Shown here: positions 18,296-27,757 of the stretch, one piece after another
Position numbering within the stretch: the first letter of the stretch is position 1
Layout of the letters: each line of letters begins with the position of its first letter
DNA from: an uncultured Dehalococcoidia bacterium
GTDB taxonomy: Bacteria; Chloroflexota; Dehalococcoidia; Lucifugimonadales; CAJWUJ01
Direction of reading: 5' to 3'
Assembly: GCA_913047625.1 (NCBI GenBank)
Contig: CAJWUJ010000006.1
Location: 695-64,694 of the forward strand
DNA: 64,000 bases
The notes under the pieces: model-generated
Seen by the model: only the letters and a program-made list of their open reading frames with translations
Told to the model about the DNA's origin: nothing
Databases searched by the model: none
Made by a program: the position numbers and the translations under genes

Positions 18296-18868
18296 TCAAT
18301 CAGTTGCTATAGACTCCATTAATTCACCAACAAGCTCTTTGAGCCGAGTTTCATCAACCGGACCAGATATTTTATGTAAAACACGACCGTCAGCAGTAAT
18401 AAAATGTTTCTCAGGAATCCCACGCACGCCATAATCAATAGCTATTAAGCCGTCTTCATCCAACGCATTTGCATATGTCACTCCAAAACGATCAATATGT
18501 TCATTAACACTTACACCAGTATCCCAAATTGCTATACCAAGCATATCCACACCAAGGTCTTGGTGATCCAGGTAAAATTTTTGTAACATGGGTGCTTCTT
18601 CGACACACGGTATACACCAAGAAGACCAGAAATCTATAATAGTAATCTTACTATCCGAATTGGATAACTGATATTCTTCTCCCGAAACAAGCTCAATAGA
18701 AAAGTCTGCAGCTATTTGTGTGTTTTGAATTCCAACATCTGAAGTCTCATTAAATGTCAAATTCCCTGAACCTGAATTAGAATTCACTAGTGATAAACCT
18801 AACAAACCCAACAAGCAAATAACAGGTATCGCACATAGACATGCAATCCCGACAGCTTTGACATTCAT
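18296..18868 (-). CDS. Membrane-anchored thioredoxin-fold thiol:disulfide oxidoreductase (TlpA/ResA/CcmG-like)
   Basis: N-terminal TM helix, then FWSSWCIPCVEEAP (CxxC) and GIPEKHFI (cis-Pro loop). Its start overlaps the upstream stop as ATGA. Confidence 0.8.
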   Translation of the reverse strand: MNVKAVGIACLCAIPVICLLGLLGLSLVNSNSGSGNLTFNETSDVGIQNTQIAADFSIELVSGEEYQLSNSDSKITIIDFWSSWCIPCVEEAPMLQKFYLDHQDLGVDMLGIAIWDTGVSVNEHIDRFGVTYANALDEDGLIAIDYGVRGIPEKHFITADGRVLHKISGPVDETRLKELVGELMESIATD

Positions 18869-20070
18869 GATGGTAATCCTTCTTCAGCAAAGTATTGTTC
18901 AACCAATTTTAACTTAATCTCTTGGCGATCCTTCCTATACTTACGCCATTCGATTTTTTGATCCCGATAAAGAATTTCTAAGTGGACAATTTCCTGTAGC
19001 AACGATCTATCAGCTATATCGCTGAGGACTGGTTCAATATCTCTTGAATTTCTTCCATCACGACGAATACGACCAAAAGCAAAGATACCCAAAGAAAGCA
19101 ACAACAGACTAGTAATCAACCCAAGAACCAATCCCAGCTGTGAGACGCGGTCAAAGTGCGCCTTCATATTCTCCAACAATGTAGGCTCTGGTAATTTGTT
19201 AAACACAAGATTAAGTTTTGTCCCACTGCTAATGTTGCTAGTTTCTACAAGGTCAAATTCTTTCCCTTGAATTAATACGCTTGATGGAACAATCCCAGAC
19301 ACAGAACCTAGAGAACCTAGTTCAGCTGGAATAAGAACTCTAAATATATCTGTCCTATTAGTGAATGATCTATTAAGTTCCAATGATGCATCGGAATACG
19401 GGACTGTATAAATATAATCTACTAAATAAGACCCTGGAGGAACTCTGGATGTTAAAGCAAAGCCTTTATCAACCGTCATTATTTCACCCTGTTCAAATGT
19501 AGTTTCCACCTGTAAATTATCAGCACCTCGGGGCAACGAGAATCGAAGGAATTGCATATTCTGAGGTTGGTCGAAATCTGGCACGAACGTACGGTCACCG
19601 TAATTCACCATGGTGACACGTTCGTATACTGTAAGCAAGCGATTTGTAGAATCAGCAGATCCTACAATCACGGATTGCTCTTCTATCAATATTTCATCAA
19701 ACAAGTCAGTTGTACCATAGACAGTAAGCGTATGACTTTTCCCGAGATGAGTAACATTCAACAGTTTATGATAGGAGACTCCTTGATATTCAGCTACAAT
19801 CAAATAACTGGCGTCATCAATTATAGGAATATCATTAAAATCGACTCTCCCATAAATATCAGCGATTCCTGAAGCTAATACTGCTCCATTCTGCTGATCA
19901 ATGATATGGAGAGTAACGTCTATACCTTCCACGAGCCCCTCATCACTTAACGTACCGTTTTCCAATTGCACTGCCAGGGTGTCAGTAGACTGAGCATATA
20001 CGTCCATTTGTACGAATACACTAACCGATAAAGCAAAGCCAATACAACATGCTATTCTAGTAAACAACAC
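18865..20070 (-). CDS. Uncharacterised secreted/membrane-anchored protein (signal peptide, beta-rich ectodomain, C-terminal TM, charged cytoplasmic tail)
   Basis: GTG start with GGAG 5 nt upstream. Signal-like N-terminus IACCIGFALSVSVFVQMDVYAQ. The first ~90 aa after the signal resemble a carboxypeptidase-regulatory-like beta-sandwich. TM helix LGLVLGLITSLLLLSLGIFAF near residue 320. No family recognised. Confidence 0.6.
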   Translation of the reverse strand: MLFTRIACCIGFALSVSVFVQMDVYAQSTDTLAVQLENGTLSDEGLVEGIDVTLHIIDQQNGAVLASGIADIYGRVDFNDIPIIDDASYLIVAEYQGVSYHKLLNVTHLGKSHTLTVYGTTDLFDEILIEEQSVIVGSADSTNRLLTVYERVTMVNYGDRTFVPDFDQPQNMQFLRFSLPRGADNLQVETTFEQGEIMTVDKGFALTSRVPPGSYLVDYIYTVPYSDASLELNRSFTNRTDIFRVLIPAELGSLGSVSGIVPSSVLIQGKEFDLVETSNISSGTKLNLVFNKLPEPTLLENMKAHFDRVSQLGLVLGLITSLLLLSLGIFAFGRIRRDGRNSRDIEPVLSDIADRSLLQEIVHLEILYRDQKIEWRKYRKDRQEIKLKLVEQYFAEEGLPS

Positions 20071-20096
20071 TTCTTCTCCAACAGTTCCTTAATCGT

Positions 20097-20435
20097 CTAC
20101 TCAGATAGATTCTTGATTTCTTTTTCAATCTCTTCTTCGATTTGATCATCAATCCTACTAATACTCGGAATAGCTACTTCCTGTTCATAAAAAATTCTAG
20201 CTACCCTAAACCTAGCATCCTGAACTCTTGATTGATATTCATTCCAAGGTATCAATCCCAGTGAATACTCTAGTTCTGTAGTATTAATTTCATGGTAAAT
20301 AATTTCTCTTTTAACTAAAAAGTCACGGTAAACGGACAACTCTGGTACTTCTTTATGTTTCTTGAACAGAAAGAACGGGATTGCCACTGTTCCCACTAAT
20401 ACAATAATAACGATGAAGGAAATAACTGCTACCAT
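20097..20435 (-). CDS. Small single-pass membrane protein, function unknown (weak CcmI-N-like pattern)
   Basis: N-terminal TM (MVAVISFIVIIVLVGTVAIPFFLF), then a helical soluble region VYRDFLVKREIIYHEINTTELEYSLGLIPWNEYQSRVQDARFRVARI. No clear SD. It lies between ccmF and the 401-aa ORF. Confidence 0.5.
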   Translation of the reverse strand: MVAVISFIVIIVLVGTVAIPFFLFKKHKEVPELSVYRDFLVKREIIYHEINTTELEYSLGLIPWNEYQSRVQDARFRVARIFYEQEVAIPSISRIDDQIEEEIEKEIKNLSE

Positions 20436-20460
20436 ACTATGTACACGTAATTGCGATCGT

Positions 20461-22419
20461 TCATGTTTCCTTTGCCGACACTTGAGGTATTGATTCTCTA
20501 GGCCAAAGAGTGATCAGTGTACCGAGAATCAAGAAAGGGCCACTGATCCAAATCCACCAAACCATTGGGTTAATATTTATCCGAAATCCTACGCTACCAT
20601 CATCAAAAAACTCGGAAGGAATAATATAAAGGTCTTCAATTGGAGTGGAACGCAGGCCCGATTTAGTAGAAGCCATTCTAAATGCAGGGTAGTAATCATA
20701 TACTGCTGTTACCATTCCTAAATCGTTCTTTTGATCAGAAATTGCTAAGAAGACTTCCCGAGCAATCCTATCAGTTGTTGCGTTTTCTCTGATTCCTACG
20801 TATTCAACGGAATATTGATCAATTTGAACCGTATCTCCTTGGTTTAAAACTACGTCAATTTGTTGTTTAAAGAATGATGATCCTGTGACTCCTAATGCCA
20901 GCATAACTATGGCCAAGTGAACAACATACCCACCGTACCTTGGTTTATTACTGCTTATTAGCCTCATAAAAGCTGTCACATAAAACTCGCCATGCGAATG
21001 TCTAACGCAAGTTCCTTTCCACCACTCATGAACAATACTGGCAGTTACCATGGCACACAACGAATAGGATACAACTGCATATAAGTTCCACACTCCAAGA
21101 ATAAGAAGAAGAACAAAAGTCGTTATAAAAGCAGCAAGAGGGAAAATCATCGATCTTCCAAGAGAACGAAAAGAACCGTGTCGCCATGAAAGCTGCGGCC
21201 CAATAGCCATCAAAAAGATGAGCACTAGAAATGCAGGCCCGTTAATCTTATTGTAATACGGAGCTACAACCGTAACTGTTTCTCCTTGAAATATCTCAGA
21301 AATCAAGGGGAAAACTACACCCCATAAAGTTACAAAAGCTATAAATAGAAGTAATAAATTATTGGCTAAGAACGCAGCTTCCCTGGACAGTGCGCTCTGA
21401 AGATTGTTTGAACTATTTAAAGTGCTATACCGATAGGCAAATAAACCAAGACTAGCTAAAGATACAACTCCTAGGAAAATCAAAAACATCCAGCCCAAAT
21501 TGGAAGCCCCAAACGAATGAACGGAGGGAACCGGACCACCGCGATTGATAAACATTCCAAAGCAAGCCAATACAAAAGCACAAATTATTAAAACTACATT
21601 CCAGCTTCGAAACATTCCTCTTCGCGCCTGAACCATAATTGAATGGAGGAACGCAGTTAATCCAAGCCAAGGCATAAATCCTGAATTTTCAACTGGATCC
21701 CAAGCCCAATAGCCACCCCATCCCAGAATGGTATAAGCCCACCAACCACCGAGCAACAAACCACATCCCAGTAAACACCAAGCAACCAATCCCCACCATC
21801 TACTATTTTTTATCCACTCATCACCTGTTTTACCAGCAATTAGTGCTCCCATTGCAAAACTAAACGGTATTGTGACACATATCAATCCAGTCATCATTAC
21901 TGGAGGATGTATAAACATACCATAATGAGTTAAAAGCGGATTTATTCCTTCACCATCGGTTGGTATGAAGTCAAGAGTTTGAAATGGATTTGCAAGAAAA
22001 ATCATAATTCCTACAAAGAAACACAATACCAACATGTTAAGAACATTGGCATAAGTGAGAACAGTCCTATCAATGTTAAAGTGAAACACTAAGGCCATCG
22101 ATGACAAAACACCCAGTGCTGTGGCAATAAATAACAGTGAACCTTCATTACCGGAATAGAAAGCTACCCATATAAATTGACGTTCCATAGCTAAATTACT
22201 ATGAGCAGCCACGTAAGCAACACTGAAGTCATGGGTAACAAATAAACTAACCAAAACCAAGGTGGAAAACACAAGCAACCCACAGACCGCAAAAGTAGCA
22301 TATCGGCCACTGGTCACGAATACATGCTGACCTAATTTAACACCTGCAATAGAAACACATACAGCATATACTGATAAAACTAAAGACAAAACAAGTAAAA
22401 TAAATCCCAAATCAGCCAT
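20461..22419 (-). CDS. ccmF: Cytochrome c-type biogenesis protein CcmF (haem lyase component, System I)
   Basis: WWD motif WGGYWAWDPVENSGFMPWL, a polytopic 652-aa protein with conserved His-containing loops. Confidence 0.92.
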   Translation of the reverse strand: MADLGFILLVLSLVLSVYAVCVSIAGVKLGQHVFVTSGRYATFAVCGLLVFSTLVLVSLFVTHDFSVAYVAAHSNLAMERQFIWVAFYSGNEGSLLFIATALGVLSSMALVFHFNIDRTVLTYANVLNMLVLCFFVGIMIFLANPFQTLDFIPTDGEGINPLLTHYGMFIHPPVMMTGLICVTIPFSFAMGALIAGKTGDEWIKNSRWWGLVAWCLLGCGLLLGGWWAYTILGWGGYWAWDPVENSGFMPWLGLTAFLHSIMVQARRGMFRSWNVVLIICAFVLACFGMFINRGGPVPSVHSFGASNLGWMFLIFLGVVSLASLGLFAYRYSTLNSSNNLQSALSREAAFLANNLLLLFIAFVTLWGVVFPLISEIFQGETVTVVAPYYNKINGPAFLVLIFLMAIGPQLSWRHGSFRSLGRSMIFPLAAFITTFVLLLILGVWNLYAVVSYSLCAMVTASIVHEWWKGTCVRHSHGEFYVTAFMRLISSNKPRYGGYVVHLAIVMLALGVTGSSFFKQQIDVVLNQGDTVQIDQYSVEYVGIRENATTDRIAREVFLAISDQKNDLGMVTAVYDYYPAFRMASTKSGLRSTPIEDLYIIPSEFFDDGSVGFRININPMVWWIWISGPFLILGTLITLWPRESIPQVSAKET

Positions 22420-22482
22420 ATCTAATATTACCCTTAACCTCTTTCACTAGAATTACAATAATACATGTATATTCCTATTTCA

Positions 22483-23052
22483 TCATTCTTCATGATGGTA
22501 CCGCCTGTTACTCATTCCCAGTTCTTTATCGACCTTGGGCAGATACTTACTAAGATCCACAGTTATATCTGCAGTTTTAGAAGCAACCAAGGCTGACTTT
22601 CTCCGATTAAAATGAATGAAAAGAATCAATGATACTAATCCCATCGGAAAAATAACGACTGGAACTAACCATACCAAAAGACTAAACCCAGCAGCAGGAG
22701 GGGCAGCCAATATTCCCTGTCCATAACGATCCACAAAAAAACCGAGTATTTCGGCATCCGTCCAACCACTATCGAGTTGAAATCGAACGAGATCTTTCAT
22801 TTGCTTTGCAACTTCCACATTTGACTGATCTATTGTCTCCCCAGGACACACCGGACAAATCAATTGTTTATCAAGCCTCTGGGCCCGTACTTCTTTGTTG
22901 GTTACTTGTTCAAGACAGCCGGCAGACAAAACTAGGAATAAAATACACGCAACAACAGCAAACCAGTTCATTACAGAAACATTTAGTATCGTTAAACCGC
23001 TTGGTTGTTTTCTAACAAACCCAAACATCAGATTAGCAGGCAAATGAAACAT
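22483..23052 (-). CDS. ccmH: Cytochrome c-type biogenesis protein CcmH
   Basis: LICPVCPGETIDQSNVEVAKQMK (the CxxC motif of CcmH/CycL) followed by a TM helix. ATG 23052 has an AAGG-type SD. An alternative start at ATG 22971 gives a cleaner signal peptide (MNWFAVVACILFLVLSAGC). Confidence 0.8.
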   Translation of the reverse strand: MFHLPANLMFGFVRKQPSGLTILNVSVMNWFAVVACILFLVLSAGCLEQVTNKEVRAQRLDKQLICPVCPGETIDQSNVEVAKQMKDLVRFQLDSGWTDAEILGFFVDRYGQGILAAPPAAGFSLLVWLVPVVIFPMGLVSLILFIHFNRRKSALVASKTADITVDLSKYLPKVDKELGMSNRRYHHEE

Positions 23053-23078
23053 AACGCCTTATCTGGAATTCAAAAACT

Positions 23079-23624
23079 TTATTCCAAGGCCAATACATAC
23101 GCAGTAATAGAATCGATTTCTTGTTTTGTGAGCAACTTAGCAAAAGCTGGCATCACCTGAACTCCATTCGTTATAATCGAAGCTAACGCATCTGCATCCA
23201 TTTGCTGAACCGTAGCAGAAGTAAGATCTGGATCTAGCACGGGAACATAGCCGTATTTCTGAGTAAGAATACTGAGGACATTTCCATCCCCATTACCAGT
23301 ATTTCCGTGACACATCGAACAGTTAACTAGATATAAACGCTCGGCTGAAAAAGATCTGGCCTGAATAAAATATGTTTTGTCGTCGATATCAAAGACTGCT
23401 TCAGGGCCACCTCTGTGAATATAAGGCATAACATCCTGAGGTATGTCCAATGTACCAGGTTCCTGATATTTCACAGACGGCTGATAATGCATCTCAGTCA
23501 TAATATCAACAGGATTAGTTCCAGTTCCACAACTGGTCGCAACCAGAAGCAAACCTAACCCAAGCAAGACAAAACCGTATCTAGATATTCTATTCTTAAA
23601 ATCGACCTGAGCACGCCTAAACAT
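23079..23624 (-). CDS. actE: Monohaem cytochrome c, ACIII subunit ActE-like
   Basis: Single CSMCHG haem-binding motif and a signal peptide ending LLLVATSCG (possible lipobox). It follows the ActD-like gene. Confidence 0.75.
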   Translation of the reverse strand: MFRRAQVDFKNRISRYGFVLLGLGLLLVATSCGTGTNPVDIMTEMHYQPSVKYQEPGTLDIPQDVMPYIHRGGPEAVFDIDDKTYFIQARSFSAERLYLVNCSMCHGNTGNGDGNVLSILTQKYGYVPVLDPDLTSATVQQMDADALASIITNGVQVMPAFAKLLTKQEIDSITAYVLALE

Positions 23625-23632
23625 ATTCCAGA

Positions 23633-24142
23633 TTATCCTTCTTCTTTTAATTCTTGAGCACCATGCTTTTGCAACAGCTTCTTAATAGCAAAGTCATTAT
23701 CTTCAGTAACATTCAAAAGCAATCCAATATAACCTTCGGTAATTCGATCATCATAGAGACCTAGACCCACTCTCGGAAGTCTGGACTCAAATAAAACACC
23801 TACAATAGTGAAGAGCACTGCACCTAGCAAAGTACCTTCATAAGCAATAATAACCATCGGGGGAAGTGATAATATTGGCTTTCCTCCAGTAATTAATGGC
23901 CAAGACAGTTGTGTTCCAGCGGTAATAAGCATAGCCATACTAAAACCCAGTAATGCACCTATAAATGGAAACCGATAAACTCGGTGAGGCTTGTCATGTT
24001 CACCGAAAGCCCCTTCGGGATAAGGACAGCCGGTCATTATCTCTATATCACCAGGCTTGACCCCTTCTTTCATAACAGCCTCATTTGCATCAGCCGCCTT
24101 CGCAGCGTCATCAAACAAAGCTAATACCTGCTTCTTTACCAT
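23633..24142 (-). CDS. actD: ACIII subunit ActD-like (DUF3341) membrane protein
   Basis: VLALFDDAAKAADANEAVMKEGV N-terminal soluble domain followed by two TM helices. I placed the start at ATG 24142, which has GGGAG 6 nt upstream. ATG 24193 from the ORF track has no SD. Confidence 0.7.
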   Translation of the reverse strand: MVKKQVLALFDDAAKAADANEAVMKEGVKPGDIEIMTGCPYPEGAFGEHDKPHRVYRFPFIGALLGFSMAMLITAGTQLSWPLITGGKPILSLPPMVIIAYEGTLLGAVLFTIVGVLFESRLPRVGLGLYDDRITEGYIGLLLNVTEDNDFAIKKLLQKHGAQELKEEG

Positions 24143-24182
24143 CACATTCTCCCGTATTTTATTTAACCATGGAATCATTTCA

Positions 24183-25559
24183 TTATTCCTCATGGAACGC
24201 TGCAGGAACTTTAGCTCTTCCTACAGTTACTTCCCCTTGTAAAACCTCTCCTTCTTTAATATCGTACAAAGGAATCAAAGGAAAGGCCTTTGCGAACAGT
24301 AATACTCCAAGTAATACCAAACAAAAAGTTCCTAAAACAATAGTTATTTCAACAATACTTGGTGAATACACATTCCACACAAAACTTAAATCCTGCTTTC
24401 TCATTAAACCAGGAACAATAATCAAGAATCTTTCAAGCCACATACCGATATTCACAGAAATAGTGGTAATTGTCATCCAGAACATACTTCTCCTCACAGA
24501 CCTGAAAAGCCACATCGGGACAGGGAAAAAGTATCCGGTGATCAAGAAGGCAATAAACATAGCCCCCCAAGGCATGGAAAAGAGCTGAGTAGTTCTCAAC
24601 GCTATTTCATCTGGTTCTGCTCCATATATTCCATACAAGAACTCTAACGCAAAGAAGAAGAACCATGCGGTTCCTACAACAGCTAATAGTTTGCCTAATG
24701 CATCGAGATGATCTGGTTTAATATAGTCTTCCCACCTAAACAGGAACCTTAGCAGGATCAGTACTGTAACTACAGCTGAAACCCCAGAGTGGACAGCTCC
24801 TATAACGAAGTACGGAGCGAAAATAGTAGTGTGCCATCCTTTTACTGATATAGCCATGCTAAAGTCGAAAGAGACAATACTATGAACAGATACAAATATA
24901 GGCAGAATCAAAGCAGACAATAAAACGCCTGCCATCATCTGAAGCTTCCATTGTTGGGAGGTTCCTCTCCAGCCCAAAGAAAGTCCAGAATAGATAAGTC
25001 TTCGTATTCCAGTGCTACGATCTCTTATCACAGCCAGATCAGGGATAAGAGCAACAAAAACAAACAGGATACTACAGGTTAAGTACGTGTTAATTGCGGT
25101 AGGATCCCAAACCAAAGCTGATCGGATGTTAGGCCATATCATTCTTTGAAAATCATAAGGAAGGAACCAGTAGATAATTCTCCACGGCCTCCCTGTATGA
25201 ATAACGGGCATCATTAAAGCTGTAAAAAGAGAAAATACGGTTACTATCTCTGCTGCTCGGGTCGCAGGGCGGCGCCACTCAGCTTTTGTCAAACGCAAAA
25301 TTGCTGAAAGCATTACGCCGGCATGACTAATACCGACCCAAAACACGAAGTTAGTTATAAAGAATCCCCAAAAAACAGGGCGGTTCAAGCCAGTCACACC
25401 AAGGCCAGTCACAATCATATAACCAGCTGCTAATGCAAATGCTCCAACTCCCATTGCCAAAAATCCACACACCAACCAGTAGCGTCTTTCAGAACCAAAG
25501 ATATTGGCTAACAGGTCATCATTTATTTTTTTGTCGCCTAACTTTGTTGCTTCTTGCAT
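24183..25559 (-). CDS. actC: NrfD/PsrC-type polytopic membrane subunit, ACIII ActC-like
   Basis: RPVFWGFFITNFVFWVGISHAGVMLSAILRL matches the ActC/NrfD signature helix pair. About 10 TM helices. Confidence 0.8.
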   Translation of the reverse strand: MQEATKLGDKKINDDLLANIFGSERRYWLVCGFLAMGVGAFALAAGYMIVTGLGVTGLNRPVFWGFFITNFVFWVGISHAGVMLSAILRLTKAEWRRPATRAAEIVTVFSLFTALMMPVIHTGRPWRIIYWFLPYDFQRMIWPNIRSALVWDPTAINTYLTCSILFVFVALIPDLAVIRDRSTGIRRLIYSGLSLGWRGTSQQWKLQMMAGVLLSALILPIFVSVHSIVSFDFSMAISVKGWHTTIFAPYFVIGAVHSGVSAVVTVLILLRFLFRWEDYIKPDHLDALGKLLAVVGTAWFFFFALEFLYGIYGAEPDEIALRTTQLFSMPWGAMFIAFLITGYFFPVPMWLFRSVRRSMFWMTITTISVNIGMWLERFLIIVPGLMRKQDLSFVWNVYSPSIVEITIVLGTFCLVLLGVLLFAKAFPLIPLYDIKEGEVLQGEVTVGRAKVPAAFHEE

Positions 25560-25599
25560 GTATTTCTATTTCCTTACAGGTTTCCTAGTGATAACTCTT

Positions 25600-27003
25600 T
25601 TAATCTGGTTTCCCTATTAACATGTACTTCTTCTTAAGTAATGACCGATGTGAAACATAGAGCAACTGTTCTTTAGTTTCCCACATAGAGATGATGGGGA
25701 TAACTTTAGCTACAATCATATATATCATAAGTACAAGACCAATTCCTCCCACTATTACCATAGCATCAGGTATTGTTGGTAACTGAGCCGGAGGCATCTC
25801 TTTCAAACTGTGTCCAAAAGAATCTTCTATCGACCATGAGCCAACATAGATTCGAATCCTATCAACCAGCGCACCAATTAAAATCAATAAAGCCGCCAGT
25901 GCGGGACCTCCTGTACTTCTCCGTACTTTATTCCACACTAGAATTAACAGAGGAGCCAAGAAATTCAATATGAAAGCTACAAGAAATAGAATTCTGTATT
26001 GTTCTGTGAAAAGGAACTCCAGAACAGCCATTTCCGCTGGTATTCTCCCGTACCAAAAAGTGAAAAATCCCATGAACCAAAAGTAGAACCAAAGCAGCGA
26101 AAGAGCTAACATAATTTTACCAAGAGACCAAAACTGATTCACTCCGAAGTAGGCAGTATAACCGCCCCATCTTCGCAAAGCATACATCGTCACCATCACG
26201 GTAGCACATGCACATTGCAATCCACTTAAAGCATGCCACACAGGGAAAATAGAATCCTTCCAGCCAGGAACAAGACTCATTGCAAAGTCTGAAGAGTACT
26301 GGTAATGCAAGGTAAGAAATCCCATGAAATACAAACCACTCAATAAACCAATGGCCGCTCTTCGAGCTTTCCACTGTTTTTGTGTGCCTCGCCAGCTTTT
26401 CGACAGACGGGCGGCTATAGAAGCTCGCTTCCCGGTAGCTTTAGCCCCGAAGTCAGCCATATCAGGAATCGACGAAATCAACAAGAGAGCAATTCCCGTG
26501 ATAACGAGGGTCAGTAATGCTAATGAGTCATAAATATGTGGAGCATGGGGATGCCAAAAAACCCAAATCGTATGCCTTAGTGATTCCCTCGGCGCATCAG
26601 AATTTGGATACAAAGCAGGTAATGCAACAACTAAAGGCACGTACGCCAGCAAGACACCCAAACCCGTAATTGCATAGAGCTCTGCAACTCTGGCCAGAGG
26701 CTTTCCCCAGTTTGCACGAACCGAGCGACACGCTATGGATACCATCGGTGCTGCCAGAGCAGTAGTTAACAAATAGCCTACCATTGCGGCTAAATATCCC
26801 CATTGGGATCGATCGTCACTTCCAGTAAAAGCTATCAACAAGAATCCAACCACACCAACACCCGTCAGGGCAAAAGACGCACCAAGCACTTTTTTATAAA
26901 GGCCGCCTATTGTCGATGTTCGTTGGACCACATCTCGAGATACATCTCCAAATGTGCCTTGCAACACCCCATCATGTAATGACGGACTAATGGTGGTCTT
27001 CAT
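25600..27003 (-). CDS. Second NrfD-type polytopic membrane subunit (ActF-like paralogue of the adjacent ActC-like gene)
   Basis: Clear paralogy to the 458-aa neighbour: SWRGTQKQWKARRAAIGLLSGL vs GWRGTSQQWKLQMMAGVLLSAL; SSDFAMSLVPGWKDSIF vs FDFSMAISVKGWHTTIF; DRIRIYV vs ERFLIIV. AGAGG SD 6 nt upstream. It overlaps the actB2 stop by 17 nt. Confidence 0.65.
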   Translation of the reverse strand: MKTTISPSLHDGVLQGTFGDVSRDVVQRTSTIGGLYKKVLGASFALTGVGVVGFLLIAFTGSDDRSQWGYLAAMVGYLLTTALAAPMVSIACRSVRANWGKPLARVAELYAITGLGVLLAYVPLVVALPALYPNSDAPRESLRHTIWVFWHPHAPHIYDSLALLTLVITGIALLLISSIPDMADFGAKATGKRASIAARLSKSWRGTQKQWKARRAAIGLLSGLYFMGFLTLHYQYSSDFAMSLVPGWKDSIFPVWHALSGLQCACATVMVTMYALRRWGGYTAYFGVNQFWSLGKIMLALSLLWFYFWFMGFFTFWYGRIPAEMAVLEFLFTEQYRILFLVAFILNFLAPLLILVWNKVRRSTGGPALAALLILIGALVDRIRIYVGSWSIEDSFGHSLKEMPPAQLPTIPDAMVIVGGIGLVLMIYMIVAKVIPIISMWETKEQLLYVSHRSLLKKKYMLIGKPD

Positions 27004-27724
27004 CTTCAGCCTCTAGATCAATTTTCTTCAAATAAATTACGTTAGGATCAGTTCCTAAATGTTCAAACAATTTATAATGCCTTTCATCATGGCTTAATTC
27101 AGCAACTCGGGAATTTGGATCATTGAAATCACCAAAAACTAATACGTCTGAAGGACAAGCTTGAACGCAAGCAGGGTTCAAATTTCGAGTACGCAGCTGC
27201 TCATCATCAATGGCCTCTCCGTCACGTTGCTCTACTTCAACTTGAGCTCGACGAATCTTTTGTACACAAAAAGTGCACTTCTCCATGATACCCCTACTTC
27301 TAACCGTGACATCCGGATTCAATTGACTTTTTAGCTCTTCTGGCCATTCAGGTTCCCAATAATTAAAGAATCTGACCTGATAGGGACAGTTGTTAGCACA
27401 GTATCTTGTTCCTATGCAGCGGTTATAAACCTGAACATTGAGTCCTTCGTTATTGTGATAGGTAGCATAAACAGGGCATACAGGCTCACACGGTGCGTTT
27501 TCACAATGTTGGCATAGGATAGGCATAAATCGAGCTTTGATGTCAGGATAAGTACCTTCCCAGTATCGTTCTATACGAATCCATTGGAAAGCTCTCCTTT
27601 GTAGAACCAAGTCTTCTGTGTTGATGGGTATGTTATTCTCTGACTGACAGGCAACGACGCAGGCTTGACAGCCCGTGCATTTGTCAATATCAATTACCAT
27701 ACCCCACTTGTGATTATTTGCCAT
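26987..27724 (-). CDS. actB2: 4Fe-4S ferredoxin-type iron-sulfur subunit, ACIII ActB2-like
   Basis: CTGCQACVVACQSEN, CQHCENAPCEPVCP, CIGTRYCANNCP, CTFC...CVQACPS cluster motifs. I placed the start at ATG 27724, which has GAGGG 5 nt upstream. The ORF-track start at 27736 is a TTG. Confidence 0.88.
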   Translation of the reverse strand: MANNHKWGMVIDIDKCTGCQACVVACQSENNIPINTEDLVLQRRAFQWIRIERYWEGTYPDIKARFMPILCQHCENAPCEPVCPVYATYHNNEGLNVQVYNRCIGTRYCANNCPYQVRFFNYWEPEWPEELKSQLNPDVTVRSRGIMEKCTFCVQKIRRAQVEVEQRDGEAIDDEQLRTRNLNPACVQACPSDVLVFGDFNDPNSRVAELSHDERHYKLFEHLGTDPNVIYLKKIDLEAEDEDHH

Positions 27725-27757
27725 AATATCCCTCAATAACCATCCTAAAATACCAAG

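Noticed and set aside
22972-23052. Treating the first 27 codons of the ccmH ORF as non-coding (start at ATG 22971).
   Set aside because: This is not fully rejected. ATG 22971 gives a cleaner signal peptide. ATG 23052 has the only SD-like element (AAGG) and keeps the tight operon spacing after actE. I kept the longer model and flagged the ambiguity.
27725-27757. The ActB1/ActB2 split as a frameshift or pseudogenisation of a fused actB.
   Set aside because: ActB1 ends at a clean stop. ActB2 has its own ATG with a GAGGG SD at ideal spacing. Both halves retain all expected motifs, which is consistent with a genuine two-gene arrangement.
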